Below, piece after piece: positions 46,644-56,065 of a stretch of 64,000 bases of DNA. The stretch's first letter is position 1. The number at the start of each line of letters is the position of its first letter. The stretch spans positions 1,003 to 65,002 of the forward strand of contig CANQSQ010000002.1 in the NCBI GenBank assembly GCA_947626565.1. The letters run 5' to 3'. The notes below the pieces were generated by a model. The model was not told the origin of the DNA. It worked only from the letters and a program-made list of their open reading frames with translations, and did no database searches. The translations under genes were made by a program, and so were the position numbers. The stretch comes from an uncultured Bacilli bacterium. Lineage in GTDB: Bacteria > Bacillota_I > Bacilli_A > RF39 > UBA660.

Positions 46644-49013
46644 ATGAAATTTAAATTTAGGGCAGAACCAGAAGATTTATTAATGTTCGTAATTTTTGCC
46701 ATATTTTTATTATATATAGTGGCATTAGGTGTTGTTAATTTAGCATCTTTTGCTACGGAGGGTCAATTTGCTGGATTGAATCCGTTACCGGCTTTTTCTC
46801 CACGTTATATTGGTTCAACTCTTATTTTATATATTTTATTTTTAGCTGGATTGTTTGTTAGTGTTAGTTCCTACTTTTTTGAAAGAGAAAAAGGTTTTGG
46901 TATTACTACAGAAAAAAAGGATAAAGGATATTCTAGATGGGCTAAAGATAAAGAAATGCAAGAAGAACTAGAAAAGGTTGAAATATCTCAAACTAATTCA
47001 AAAGCGGCTGGTGTTCCACTTATTCTTAATAAAGATGCAATGTGGGTTGATAATGGTGAGTATCATTCTTTGGTAATTGGTGCTACTGGTTCAGGTAAAA
47101 CCCAAACGGTTATTTTGCCAATGGTTCATAGTTTGGCTAAGGCTAAAGAATCAATGATTATAACCGACCCTAAAGGTGAAATTTATGAAAAAACTTCTAA
47201 TATGCTTAGAAGTAGAGGATATCAAATATTATTGTTAAATTTCCGTGATCCACAACGTGGTAATGCTTGGAATCCGATGGCTTTGCCTTATGAAATTTAT
47301 AAATCTGGTAATCATGATAAAGCTATTGAGTTACTTGATGATTTGGCTTTAAATATATTGTATGATGACTCAAATAAGAATGCCGATCCTTTTTGGGAGA
47401 AAACATCAGCTGATTATTTTTCAGGAGTAGCTTTAGGATTATTTGAAGATGCTAAACCTGAAGAAATAAATATAAATAGTGTTTCCTTAGCAACGACAGT
47501 AGGAGAAGAAAAATTTGGTGGTTCAACTTATATTAAAGAATATTTTGCAGCTAAAGATCCAGCTAGTGCTGCTGCAATAAATGCTTCTTCAACAATTATG
47601 GCTCCTAATGAGACAAAAGGTAGTATTTTGTCAGTATTTAAACAAAAGGTTAAATTGTTCGCATCACGTGATAATTTGAGTGAGATGTTATCACATAGTG
47701 ATATTGATCTTGAAAGTATTGGTGAAAAACCTACAGCTGTTTTCATTGTTATTCAAGATGAAAAGAAAACATATCATTCTTTAGTTACCATATTATTAAA
47801 ACAAATTTATGAAACGTTAATTGGTGTTGCTCAAAAACATGGTGGGCAATTACCTGTAAGAACTAATTTTTTACTTGATGAGTTTGCCAATATGCCACCG
47901 TTAAAGGATGTTACAACGATGATTACAGCGGCACGTTCAAGAAGAATTAGATTTACAATGATTATTCAAAACTTTGCTCAATTAGATGATGTTTATGGTA
48001 AAGAGGAAGCTGAGACTATTCGTGGTAACTGTGGTAATATTATTTATTTGATTACTTCAGAGTTAAAAGCTTTGGAAGAAATTTCAAAAATGTGTGGAGA
48101 AGTTAAATCAAAGAAAGATGATAAGACGGCTTCAACGCCATTGGTTACTGTTTCTGATTTGCAAAGAATGAAACAATTTGAAGTAATTATAATGAGAATG
48201 CGTAAGCAACCATTTAAAACGAAATTTACTCCTTATTTTCAACTTGATTGGGGTAGAAAATATCCTTTAGCAGATTATCCAACGAGAGAGAAAAATCCAG
48301 TTCATACATTTGATATAAAAGAATTTGTTAAAAATCAGAAGAAGAAGAAATTATTGGAGATGATGAATTCAGCTGGTGATGATAGTGATTCAGGAGGAAA
48401 GACTGATTTTCCTAGTATGATGTCTCCAATGCCACCTTTTCCAATGAACCCATTTGGAAATAAACCAAAGAGTAATAAGGATGAAAATAAGGTTGACAAT
48501 ATACCGAAAATACCTGATTTCTTAACTAGAAAAGATGATTTTATGGATGATGATAAAGATACGGAAAATAATCCTTTTGCAAGGTTTAATGAACCAAAGG
48601 TAGAGGCTAATAGAGATTTTCCTAGCATGGTATCTGGTCCAAAGATAGATGATGATACAGATGATGATAATATGGGCTTTGATATTGATGAATTAGTAAA
48701 GAAAATTGATGCTAAAATTGCGGAAATTGAGGCTGAAGAGAAGAAAAATGAGGCAGCTAAGATACCAGCATTAGAAGAAAAACCAAAGGTTAATACAGAG
48801 ATTAAGGATGCTAAAGTAATAGAGGCTTTGCCTGAGATGCCTGTTGCTACAAATAGTATAAATGATGTTTTTGAAGATGAAGTAGAAAGTAATTTTAATA
48901 ATAAGAAAGTTGAAAGTAGCAGTATAAATCAGCCAGCTAATATTAGTAATGATTTAAATCTTGATGATGATTTAGATGATGATGATTTCTTTGATGACTT
49001 TTTTGATAATTAG
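46644..49013 (+). CDS. virD4: VirD4/TraG-like type IV coupling protein
   Basis: Two TMs, GYSRWA, GATGSGKT, TDPKGE, WNP, DPFW, LLDEFAN, RSRRI, QNFAQL; long acidic tail. Confidence 0.92.
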   Translation: MKFKFRAEPEDLLMFVIFAIFLLYIVALGVVNLASFATEGQFAGLNPLPAFSPRYIGSTLILYILFLAGLFVSVSSYFFEREKGFGITTEKKDKGYSRWAKDKEMQEELEKVEISQTNSKAAGVPLILNKDAMWVDNGEYHSLVIGATGSGKTQTVILPMVHSLAKAKESMIITDPKGEIYEKTSNMLRSRGYQILLLNFRDPQRGNAWNPMALPYEIYKSGNHDKAIELLDDLALNILYDDSNKNADPFWEKTSADYFSGVALGLFEDAKPEEININSVSLATTVGEEKFGGSTYIKEYFAAKDPASAAAINASSTIMAPNETKGSILSVFKQKVKLFASRDNLSEMLSHSDIDLESIGEKPTAVFIVIQDEKKTYHSLVTILLKQIYETLIGVAQKHGGQLPVRTNFLLDEFANMPPLKDVTTMITAARSRRIRFTMIIQNFAQLDDVYGKEEAETIRGNCGNIIYLITSELKALEEISKMCGEVKSKKDDKTASTPLVTVSDLQRMKQFEVIIMRMRKQPFKTKFTPYFQLDWGRKYPLADYPTREKNPVHTFDIKEFVKNQKKKKLLEMMNSAGDDSDSGGKTDFPSMMSPMPPFPMNPFGNKPKSNKDENKVDNIPKIPDFLTRKDDFMDDDKDTENNPFARFNEPKVEANRDFPSMVSGPKIDDDTDDDNMGFDIDELVKKIDAKIAEIEAEEKKNEAAKIPALEEKPKVNTEIKDAKVIEALPEMPVATNSINDVFEDEVESNFNNKKVESSSINQPANISNDLNLDDDLDDDDFFDDFFDN

Positions 49014-49028
49014 AAAGGAAGTGACATT

Positions 49029-50291
49029 ATGGCTTCAAAATTTAATATAGTAAAGAAACCAGTACCTAAAAAAGATGAAGAAGATGATGAATTAGATACT
49101 GAAGAAGAAGATGAAAATGTAGAGGAAGAAGAAACTGAAGAAACGGAAGATGATGAAGAACAAAATAAAAAGAAACAAAGTGTTGCTAGAAAAAGAATGA
49201 TTAAATTTATGGCAATTATTATGGGCTGTTTATTACTTATTTTTTTAGTAATGTTTTTGATATCTATTTTTTCAGTAAAAGAATATACATATGAAGATAT
49301 AGAACAAGTAATTAAAGAGGCTAGTGTTGCTTACTTTAAGGATCATCCAGAGTCATTACCACAAAGTGATGGAGCAATTGTAGAAATTGGTGTAGAAAAT
49401 TTAGTAGCTGAAGAAAAAATGAAAGATTTAAGTGAATATACTAAAGAAGGTGTTTCTTGTACTGGTTATGCTCTAGTAGAAAAAGTAGGGGAAGATTATG
49501 TATATACACCATATTTGAATTGCGGAGAAGATTTTGAAACTATTGAATTGTATAAGAAAATAATTAATACGGAACCAGTTATTACGTCTGGTTATGGTTT
49601 ATATAATGTTAATGGTAATTATATTTATCGTGGTGAAGAAGTTAATAATTATGTACAGTTAGAACAAGGATTATGGCGAATTGTTAAAATAGAAGCTAAC
49701 ACTAATCAAATAGTTTTAATAAAAGAAATTGGAGCTGGTAATCCGACAGCTTGGGATGATAGATTTAATAGTGAAACTAATTATGCTTCAGGAATAAATA
49801 ATTATAGTGCTAGTAGAGTAAAAGAATATTTGGAGCATATTTATAAAGAACCTAATGAAAGTTTAAAAGAGACTATTTTGGGACCTAATGATAAAACTAA
49901 AATGGTTAAATACAATGTTTGTGTTGGTAAAAGAGGAGAAAATGAGGAAACAAATGATGGTTCTATTGAATGTAGTCAAGTTCTAGAGCAGCAACAAGTT
50001 GGATTGTTACCAATATATGATTATATAAATGCTAGTGTTGATCCTAATTGTAAAGCTCCTAATGATAATTCATGTCAAAATTACAATTATTTAGTAGAGA
50101 AATATAATTGGTGGTTAGCTACAGCTGATAAGGCTACTTCTTATAAAGTTTATAATGTCAATGATAGTGGTAGAATTTATGCAAGTAATGCGATAAGCTA
50201 TTCTTTTGTAAGACCGGTTATAACTTTAAATAATATGGTATTATATAAAGATGGCGATGGTACAAAGAGTAAACCTTATATATTAAAATAA
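49029..50291 (+). CDS. Membrane-anchored protein with acidic N-terminus and DUF6273-like domain
   Basis: E/D-rich cytoplasmic head, TM, YTPYLNCG, NNYV...WRIVK, VRPVI...GDGT.SKPY. Confidence 0.72.
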   Translation: MASKFNIVKKPVPKKDEEDDELDTEEEDENVEEEETEETEDDEEQNKKKQSVARKRMIKFMAIIMGCLLLIFLVMFLISIFSVKEYTYEDIEQVIKEASVAYFKDHPESLPQSDGAIVEIGVENLVAEEKMKDLSEYTKEGVSCTGYALVEKVGEDYVYTPYLNCGEDFETIELYKKIINTEPVITSGYGLYNVNGNYIYRGEEVNNYVQLEQGLWRIVKIEANTNQIVLIKEIGAGNPTAWDDRFNSETNYASGINNYSASRVKEYLEHIYKEPNESLKETILGPNDKTKMVKYNVCVGKRGENEETNDGSIECSQVLEQQQVGLLPIYDYINASVDPNCKAPNDNSCQNYNYLVEKYNWWLATADKATSYKVYNVNDSGRIYASNAISYSFVRPVITLNNMVLYKDGDGTKSKPYILK

Positions 50292-50297
50292 AATGAG

Positions 50298-50327
50298 AAA
50301 ATCTATAGTTAATATAGATTTTTTTTT
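50298..50327 (+). terminator. Terminator closing the Tad/T4SS locus
   Basis: aaaatctata-gttaa-tatagatttttttt. Confidence 0.65.
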
Positions 50328-50353
50328 CATAAGTTATAATAGAGGTGAAATTT

Positions 50354-50647
50354 GTGAATAATATAGATATAGGTAGTTTTAAACAATTATTAAAAGAGAA
50401 AAAAGTAAATATTATTGATATCAGAAGTCAATATGATTATAGTAAAGGAGCTATTTTAGGAGCAATAAATATCAGAGAAGATTTATTGATGATGAGACCT
50501 AGGGAGTATCTAAAAAAGAATGAAGTATATTACATTTATTGTAATAATGGAGATCGTAGTAGAAATTGTGTTAGATATTTAAATGCGCTAGGATTTCAGA
50601 CTGTCAATATTGAAGGTGGTTATAAGAATTACTTGTTAATAGAATAG
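50354..50647 (+). CDS. Rhodanese-like domain protein
   Basis: IIDIRS, GAINI, YCNNGDRS, NIEGG; GTG after gaggtga. Confidence 0.88.
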   Translation: MNNIDIGSFKQLLKEKKVNIIDIRSQYDYSKGAILGAINIREDLLMMRPREYLKKNEVYYIYCNNGDRSRNCVRYLNALGFQTVNIEGGYKNYLLIE

Positions 50648-50680
50648 AAATGTACTATAATTGTACGAGAAGGTGATTAA

Positions 50681-51256
50681 GTGGATTTAGTAGCTGATTT
50701 AATAAATAAAAGTACTTCTTTAATAGATAAAGGTGGTCCAATAGTTGGATTTCTTTTAGTTATGTTGGAATCTTTTATTCCTATTTTACCTTTAGCTGTA
50801 TTTGTAGCCTTAAATGTTAATGCTTATGGGATGTTAATAGGACTTGTAGTATCTTGGTCAGCTACTTGTCTAGGATGTTATTTATCTTATTTAATATTTT
50901 ATTATGTAGCTAATAAAGTCGATAAGTTTTTAAGTAAAAAAACAAAAGATAAAATTGATAAAACGATAAATAGATTTTCTGAAATTTCTTTTCCAGGGTT
51001 AGTTTTATTAGTTACTTTACCATTTACACCAGCGTTTTTAATAAATATTTTATCGGGACTTACAAAGGTACAACAAGAGAAATTTGTTATTGCGATATTA
51101 ATTGGAAAAGTCTTTTCAATTGCTTTTTGGGGATATATAGGTAAAAGTTTTATTGAAAGTATGATGGATATTAAAGCAATTGCATTTATAATTTTAGCGT
51201 TAATTATGGCTTATGTAGTTTCAAAGATTGTAAGTATAAGAATGCATATTGAGTAG
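50681..51256 (+). CDS. TVP38/TMEM64 (VTT/DedA-like) membrane protein
   Basis: LESFIPILP, LPFTPAFLIN, LIGK. Confidence 0.85.
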   Translation: MDLVADLINKSTSLIDKGGPIVGFLLVMLESFIPILPLAVFVALNVNAYGMLIGLVVSWSATCLGCYLSYLIFYYVANKVDKFLSKKTKDKIDKTINRFSEISFPGLVLLVTLPFTPAFLINILSGLTKVQQEKFVIAILIGKVFSIAFWGYIGKSFIESMMDIKAIAFIILALIMAYVVSKIVSIRMHIE

Positions 51257-51270
51257 TAGGAGTTAGGAGT

Positions 51271-52350
51271 ATGGATTATATTATTATTGGTTTATTAATT
51301 GTTATTTTGATTTTAGTTATTATTTCGTTACTAAAAAATATTAATGAGTCTAATATTACGGAAAGACTTGGTAAATTAGAAGTTACAATGTGTAAAGAAC
51401 TAGGTGATTTTAAAAATGAGATTAATCGGAATATGAATGATGATTTTCAGAAGTTAAATGAGGTAGTTGAGAGAAGATTGTTGGCTATTAATGAAAAAGT
51501 AAATGAACGTTTAGATCAAAACTTTGAAAAGACAAATAAAACGTTTATGAATGTAATAGAAAGATTGTCTAAGATAGATGAAGCTCAAAAGAAAATAGAA
51601 AACTTATCAGTAGATATTGTTAGTTTACAGAGTATTCTTACAGATAAGAAAACGAGAGGTATTTTTGGAGAAGTTAATTTAAAGCATATTTTGGTAAATG
51701 TCTTTGGAGAGAAAAATGATAGTATTTATAGATTACAATATACTTTAAAAACAGGAGTTATTGCTGACTGTGTAGTGTTTGCTCCTTTACCTTTAGGTAC
51801 AATTGCGATTGATTCAAAATTTCCTTTAGAAAATTATCAAATGATGGTTGATAAAAAATTACCAATGGAAGCTAGAGAAAATTATGAAAGACTATTTAAA
51901 CAAGATATGAAAAAACATATAGATGCTATTAGTTCTAAGTATATAATTCCTGGAGAAACAGCTGATCAGGCCATGTTATTTTTACCGGCTGAAGCTATTT
52001 TTGCCGAGGTAAATGCTTATCATCCAGAAATTATAAATTATGCTTATAAAAAACGAGTTTGGATAACATCTCCTACTACTTTAATTTCGACATTAACGAT
52101 AATAGAAATGGTCATAAAAAATATTGAAAGAGATAAATATACGTCGATAATTCATGAAGAACTTAATAAATTAGGATTAGAATTTGCACGCTATAAAGAG
52201 CGTTGGGATAAATTATCTAGAAGTATTCAAGTTGTTAATAAAGATGTAGAAAATGTATCAATAACGACTGATAAAATTAGTAAGAAATTTGAAAATATTA
52301 ATAAGGTTGATGTAGCTAAAATAAAGGATTCAGAAGGTATTGTTAAATAG
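51271..52350 (+). CDS. rmuC: DNA recombination protein RmuC
   Basis: KTRGIFGE, IDSKFP, I.SKYI, MLFLPAEAIF, SPTTL. Confidence 0.93.
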   Translation: MDYIIIGLLIVILILVIISLLKNINESNITERLGKLEVTMCKELGDFKNEINRNMNDDFQKLNEVVERRLLAINEKVNERLDQNFEKTNKTFMNVIERLSKIDEAQKKIENLSVDIVSLQSILTDKKTRGIFGEVNLKHILVNVFGEKNDSIYRLQYTLKTGVIADCVVFAPLPLGTIAIDSKFPLENYQMMVDKKLPMEARENYERLFKQDMKKHIDAISSKYIIPGETADQAMLFLPAEAIFAEVNAYHPEIINYAYKKRVWITSPTTLISTLTIIEMVIKNIERDKYTSIIHEELNKLGLEFARYKERWDKLSRSIQVVNKDVENVSITTDKISKKFENINKVDVAKIKDSEGIVK

Positions 52351-52396
52351 AAAAGATTAGGTTATAATTAATAGTAGAGTAGCGTGTGAGGTAATT

Positions 52397-55300
52397 ATGA
52401 AAAAATTTGCTAATCTTTCTAAGAGAGTAAAAAAAAGAATAATTATTATTTCTACCTTTGTATGTATAATGATGTTATTAATTATTATACCTTTTTCGTT
52501 TGCACAATTAGAACCAATAAAAAAAGTAACTATTTATGGTAAAAATGCTAACTATGAAGAGGGTGTTCCAGGAACTTGGAAGATTGAAAAGTCGGGAAAA
52601 TGGACTTCTAAATCTCAAGCTGAAATTACATTTGAGATTGATACAGAAAGAAAAGTTGATTCTACGGCTACAGATGTAATAATAGCTATAGATACGTCTG
52701 GTTCTATGGAAGGTTCACGTTTAATGCGAATGCAAGAGGATTCTTTGGATTTAGTTAGTGCATTATTAAAGAGTAGTAGTAATAGGATAGGATTAATAGG
52801 CTTTTCAAATACGTCTAATATTTTAGTTGATTTAACTGATGATGAAGAGACGTTGAAAAATGCTATTACAAGTTTAAAAGCTGATGGAGAGACTAATTAT
52901 TATGGTGCTTTTATAGATGTAGATAACATGTTAAGTAATTATGAAAAGGAGAAAAATAGGGATGTAATTGTTTTGTTTTTAACGGATGGTTTACCTAGTG
53001 TTAATACGGCAAACGAGATTGTTTATGCCAGATTATTGAAAGAAAAATATCCTTGGTTAGTCATAAACGGGGTTCAATATGAAATGGGTCCAGACGTATT
53101 ACCTCAAATTGAAAATATAACAGATGGTCAATTTGTAGCTGATATAGATACTTTAAATAATGTATTATTAGATGCTAGTGTACCAAGATTAAGTTATGAA
53201 GAATTTGTAATTGAAGATTATATTAATACGGATTATTTTACTGTTACAGATGAGTCACAAATTTCTGTTACGCAGGGTAGTGTTAAGTTTGATAAAGAAG
53301 AACAAAAAGTAACTTGGAATTTAGCAGGATTAAAATCGGGTCTTAAGTCTAGTAGTGAATATATGGATATAAAGATGGTAATAAAAGCTAAACTTAAGGA
53401 TGATTTGGCGGATATGGATGGAATTTATCCTACTAATAAAAAAGAACATATAAAATCAGTTATTGATGGTTATACAGAAGACTTGGATAGTGATTTAACA
53501 CCAATTCTTGCTAGTAAATATCAGGTTAATTATCTTCCTAATGCCCCTGAAGGTTGTGAAGTTACAGGAATGCCGGAGAATGAAACACAATTGGTTTTTG
53601 ATACGGTAGCTTTTAGTGAAAAAGTTCCTAAATGTGAAGGATATATTTTTAAAGGCTTTAGTATGACTAATCAAGATGTAACCATATTAAATAAAGATTA
53701 TTTTATTATGCCAGAAGAAAATGTACAATTAGTTGCTACTTGGAGTAAAATCGGAGTAAAAAAATCGATGGATGGTAAAGTTTATAAGACCCAATTGTTA
53801 TATGAAATGATGCGTGATAGTAGTATTTCTTCTGATGAAGGTTTAAATTCTTCTTCTAAATATCAAAATGGTATTTATCAACGTTATACAACGGCAGATG
53901 ATAAGTATCCAGTTTATTATTATCATGGTAAAGTTAATAATAATGTAGCGTTTGCGAATTTTTGTTGGAAGATTGTGAGAACGACAGAATTAGGTGGTAC
54001 AAAATTAATTTATAATGGTCCTTTAGCAGAAGATGGTACTTGTAATAATACGGGAGATAGTACTATTATAAAAAATGATAGATTTTATAGTAATGATAAT
54101 TCTCCAGCATATGTAGGTTATATGTTTGGTAATACAGATTCACGACGAACACAAACGATTGTAACAGAGTGGTATAGTTTAGTTGGTAAGACAGTTATTA
54201 GTGATGAACAAGTAGGAAGTTATTATTATAGTGATAGTGTTCAGTGGGATGCTGATAGTGGATATACATTGGTAAGTCCACAAAATAAATTATGGAATGA
54301 TAATTTTAAAACATTACAGGGTTATTATACGTGTGCTGTAGAGGCAGATGGAGCATGTAGTAAAATTAGATATGTGATTAAAGATGATAGTAAAAATACG
54401 CAATCTAGCACAGTAATGAAATATGTTGAACTAGAAAATGGAGAAACTTACGAAAGCTTGTATGCGGAGGCTGAGAAGCAGTATATAGTTTTTGGAAATG
54501 ATGTTAAGTGGGATAGTGAAACTAGTAGTTATACTTTAGAAGATCCATTACGAATTAAGAATGTTGAATTTTTAAATCAAAGTTTAGGAAAACATCATTA
54601 TACTTTTTATAGTGATGCTGAAAGTGGAACGGGTGTATACTATGTTTATTATCTTAGTGATAGTAGTACATATAGCCTTTATTTGACGGGTGGAGAGAAT
54701 ATAACTGATTTATTGGATAGAGTAGTTGTTAATGCTACTAATAAGACGAACTCTTACCCTAAAAAAGATATTGATGATTGGTATGCTAGTAATTTGGATG
54801 GTACTGATGATTCATATTTGTTAGAGGATGCTATTTTCTGTAATGATAGAAGTATTTATAATTATGGAAGTTTTGATAAGGACAGTACTACTTTTAATGG
54901 AAGATTGTATTTTTCAGGTTATTATAGAAATATACAAACCGCTGAAGTAACATGTAAAAATAAAAATGATGCCTTTACAATGAATAATGTTACGGGTAAC
55001 GGTGCTTTAAAATATCCAGTGGGAATGTTAACAGCTGATGAAGTTTTATTGGCTGGAACGGGTTCAAATAGTTATTTATATAATGGTGTAGATGGTTGGA
55101 CAATGACCCCATACCAGTTAGGTAATGGTTCGGCTTACAGTTATTTTATTAGTTCAAGTGGTTCATTATCAAGTAATTATAGTGTTTGGTTTGCTCACAA
55201 TGTACGTCCTGTTATTTCACTAGTTCATGATTTGGTTATTGAAAGTGGAGATGGAACAACTAATTCGCCTTATCATTTGACTGATGTTCGTAGAAAGTAT

Positions 55301-55801
55301 AAAGTAACATTGACGGCTAGTGAAGAGGTTAGTGTTGATACCGAAGAAGCCTTTGGTGGTCGAGTAGTTAAGTTAAGTGTAGATAATCCTTATAGAGAAA
55401 TAATCTCATTTAAAGTTAATGGTGAAGTACATACGGGGGATAGCTTTATAATGCCGTTTGAAGATGTTGAGATTACTGATGTAGTAGTAGATTATGTAAA
55501 AGTTGTAGAAACGCAACATTATCCTTATTTAGCTAGACAATATGATGTACTTTATTACGAAAATACATTTGAAGGAGTTAAGTCTATAACGGTAGATTTA
55601 GATTATGAAACGTATAATGGTTTTGCCGATTATGTTTCAATAATAGGTAATAATTTTTCAGAAAGATATGGTGGTAAACCAAGAACGCAAACTACTTTAG
55701 AAATTGAAGGTAATTATTTAAAAATATACTTTAATTCACAACCACAATCTCCTAATCCAAATTATTATGGTTTTAAAGCAGTAATAACATTACATTATTA
55801 A
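52397..55801 (+). CDS. Large surface protein: vWA domain, InlB B-repeat-like, DUF6273-like, C-terminal CUB-like domain
   Basis: MIDAS DTSGS and LTDG; PKCEGYIFKGF...LVATW; CWKIVRT and VRPVISL...GDGT.NSPY; ETQHYPY...IYFNS...YYGFKA. Confidence 0.78.
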   Translation: MKKFANLSKRVKKRIIIISTFVCIMMLLIIIPFSFAQLEPIKKVTIYGKNANYEEGVPGTWKIEKSGKWTSKSQAEITFEIDTERKVDSTATDVIIAIDTSGSMEGSRLMRMQEDSLDLVSALLKSSSNRIGLIGFSNTSNILVDLTDDEETLKNAITSLKADGETNYYGAFIDVDNMLSNYEKEKNRDVIVLFLTDGLPSVNTANEIVYARLLKEKYPWLVINGVQYEMGPDVLPQIENITDGQFVADIDTLNNVLLDASVPRLSYEEFVIEDYINTDYFTVTDESQISVTQGSVKFDKEEQKVTWNLAGLKSGLKSSSEYMDIKMVIKAKLKDDLADMDGIYPTNKKEHIKSVIDGYTEDLDSDLTPILASKYQVNYLPNAPEGCEVTGMPENETQLVFDTVAFSEKVPKCEGYIFKGFSMTNQDVTILNKDYFIMPEENVQLVATWSKIGVKKSMDGKVYKTQLLYEMMRDSSISSDEGLNSSSKYQNGIYQRYTTADDKYPVYYYHGKVNNNVAFANFCWKIVRTTELGGTKLIYNGPLAEDGTCNNTGDSTIIKNDRFYSNDNSPAYVGYMFGNTDSRRTQTIVTEWYSLVGKTVISDEQVGSYYYSDSVQWDADSGYTLVSPQNKLWNDNFKTLQGYYTCAVEADGACSKIRYVIKDDSKNTQSSTVMKYVELENGETYESLYAEAEKQYIVFGNDVKWDSETSSYTLEDPLRIKNVEFLNQSLGKHHYTFYSDAESGTGVYYVYYLSDSSTYSLYLTGGENITDLLDRVVVNATNKTNSYPKKDIDDWYASNLDGTDDSYLLEDAIFCNDRSIYNYGSFDKDSTTFNGRLYFSGYYRNIQTAEVTCKNKNDAFTMNNVTGNGALKYPVGMLTADEVLLAGTGSNSYLYNGVDGWTMTPYQLGNGSAYSYFISSSGSLSSNYSVWFAHNVRPVISLVHDLVIESGDGTTNSPYHLTDVRRKYKVTLTASEEVSVDTEEAFGGRVVKLSVDNPYREIISFKVNGEVHTGDSFIMPFEDVEITDVVVDYVKVVETQHYPYLARQYDVLYYENTFEGVKSITVDLDYETYNGFADYVSIIGNNFSERYGGKPRTQTTLEIEGNYLKIYFNSQPQSPNPNYYGFKAVITLHY

Positions 55802-55860
55802 TTAGTAAAAAGAAAAGAATAATTATGAGTAAAGTAATTATTCTTTTCATATTATGTAGT

Positions 55861-56064
55861 ATGTTAATACGATTTATAATAATGTTTATAGCGTTTATAA
55901 TGATGGTTTTTGGTTTATCTTATATATTAATATACATAAATCTTTTTTCTTTTGGATATAATATAAAAGAGTATATCCAATTTCTCTTACAGAGATATGA
56001 ATGTTATTTATTAATGGGAGGATTAGTAGTAGAATTAATATTTTTAGTAAGAAAGGATAAATAA
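55861..56064 (+). CDS. Small two-TM membrane protein
   Basis: Hydrophobic ORF adjacent to the next gene; the upstream ATG (55825) lies in a hairpin (gaaaagaataatta...taattattcttttc), so 55861 is preferred. Confidence 0.6.
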   Translation: MLIRFIIMFIAFIMMVFGLSYILIYINLFSFGYNIKEYIQFLLQRYECYLLMGGLVVELIFLVRKDK

Positions 56065-56065
56065 G

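Larger units (their letters stand above)
25558..50291 (+). other. Fused Tad pilus / type IV secretion gene cluster without relaxase or integrase
   Basis: Contiguous co-oriented sortase, cpaB, tadA, tadB, tadC, flp, tadE, tadZ, two pilins, virB6, prgI, virB4, hydrolase, virD4. Confidence 0.8.

Noticed and set aside
4926-48628. Other short minus-strand ORFs in the track (e.g. 10303, 11320, 23511, 36263, 39020, 43694, 48335)
   Set aside because: They overlap well-supported plus-strand genes and have antisense-like composition.
37685-49013. Calling the virB4/virD4 region an ICE or integrated plasmid
   Set aside because: No relaxase, integrase, replication gene or bounding direct repeats seen in the window, and flanks are housekeeping genes. 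A relaxase acting in trans cannot be excluded.
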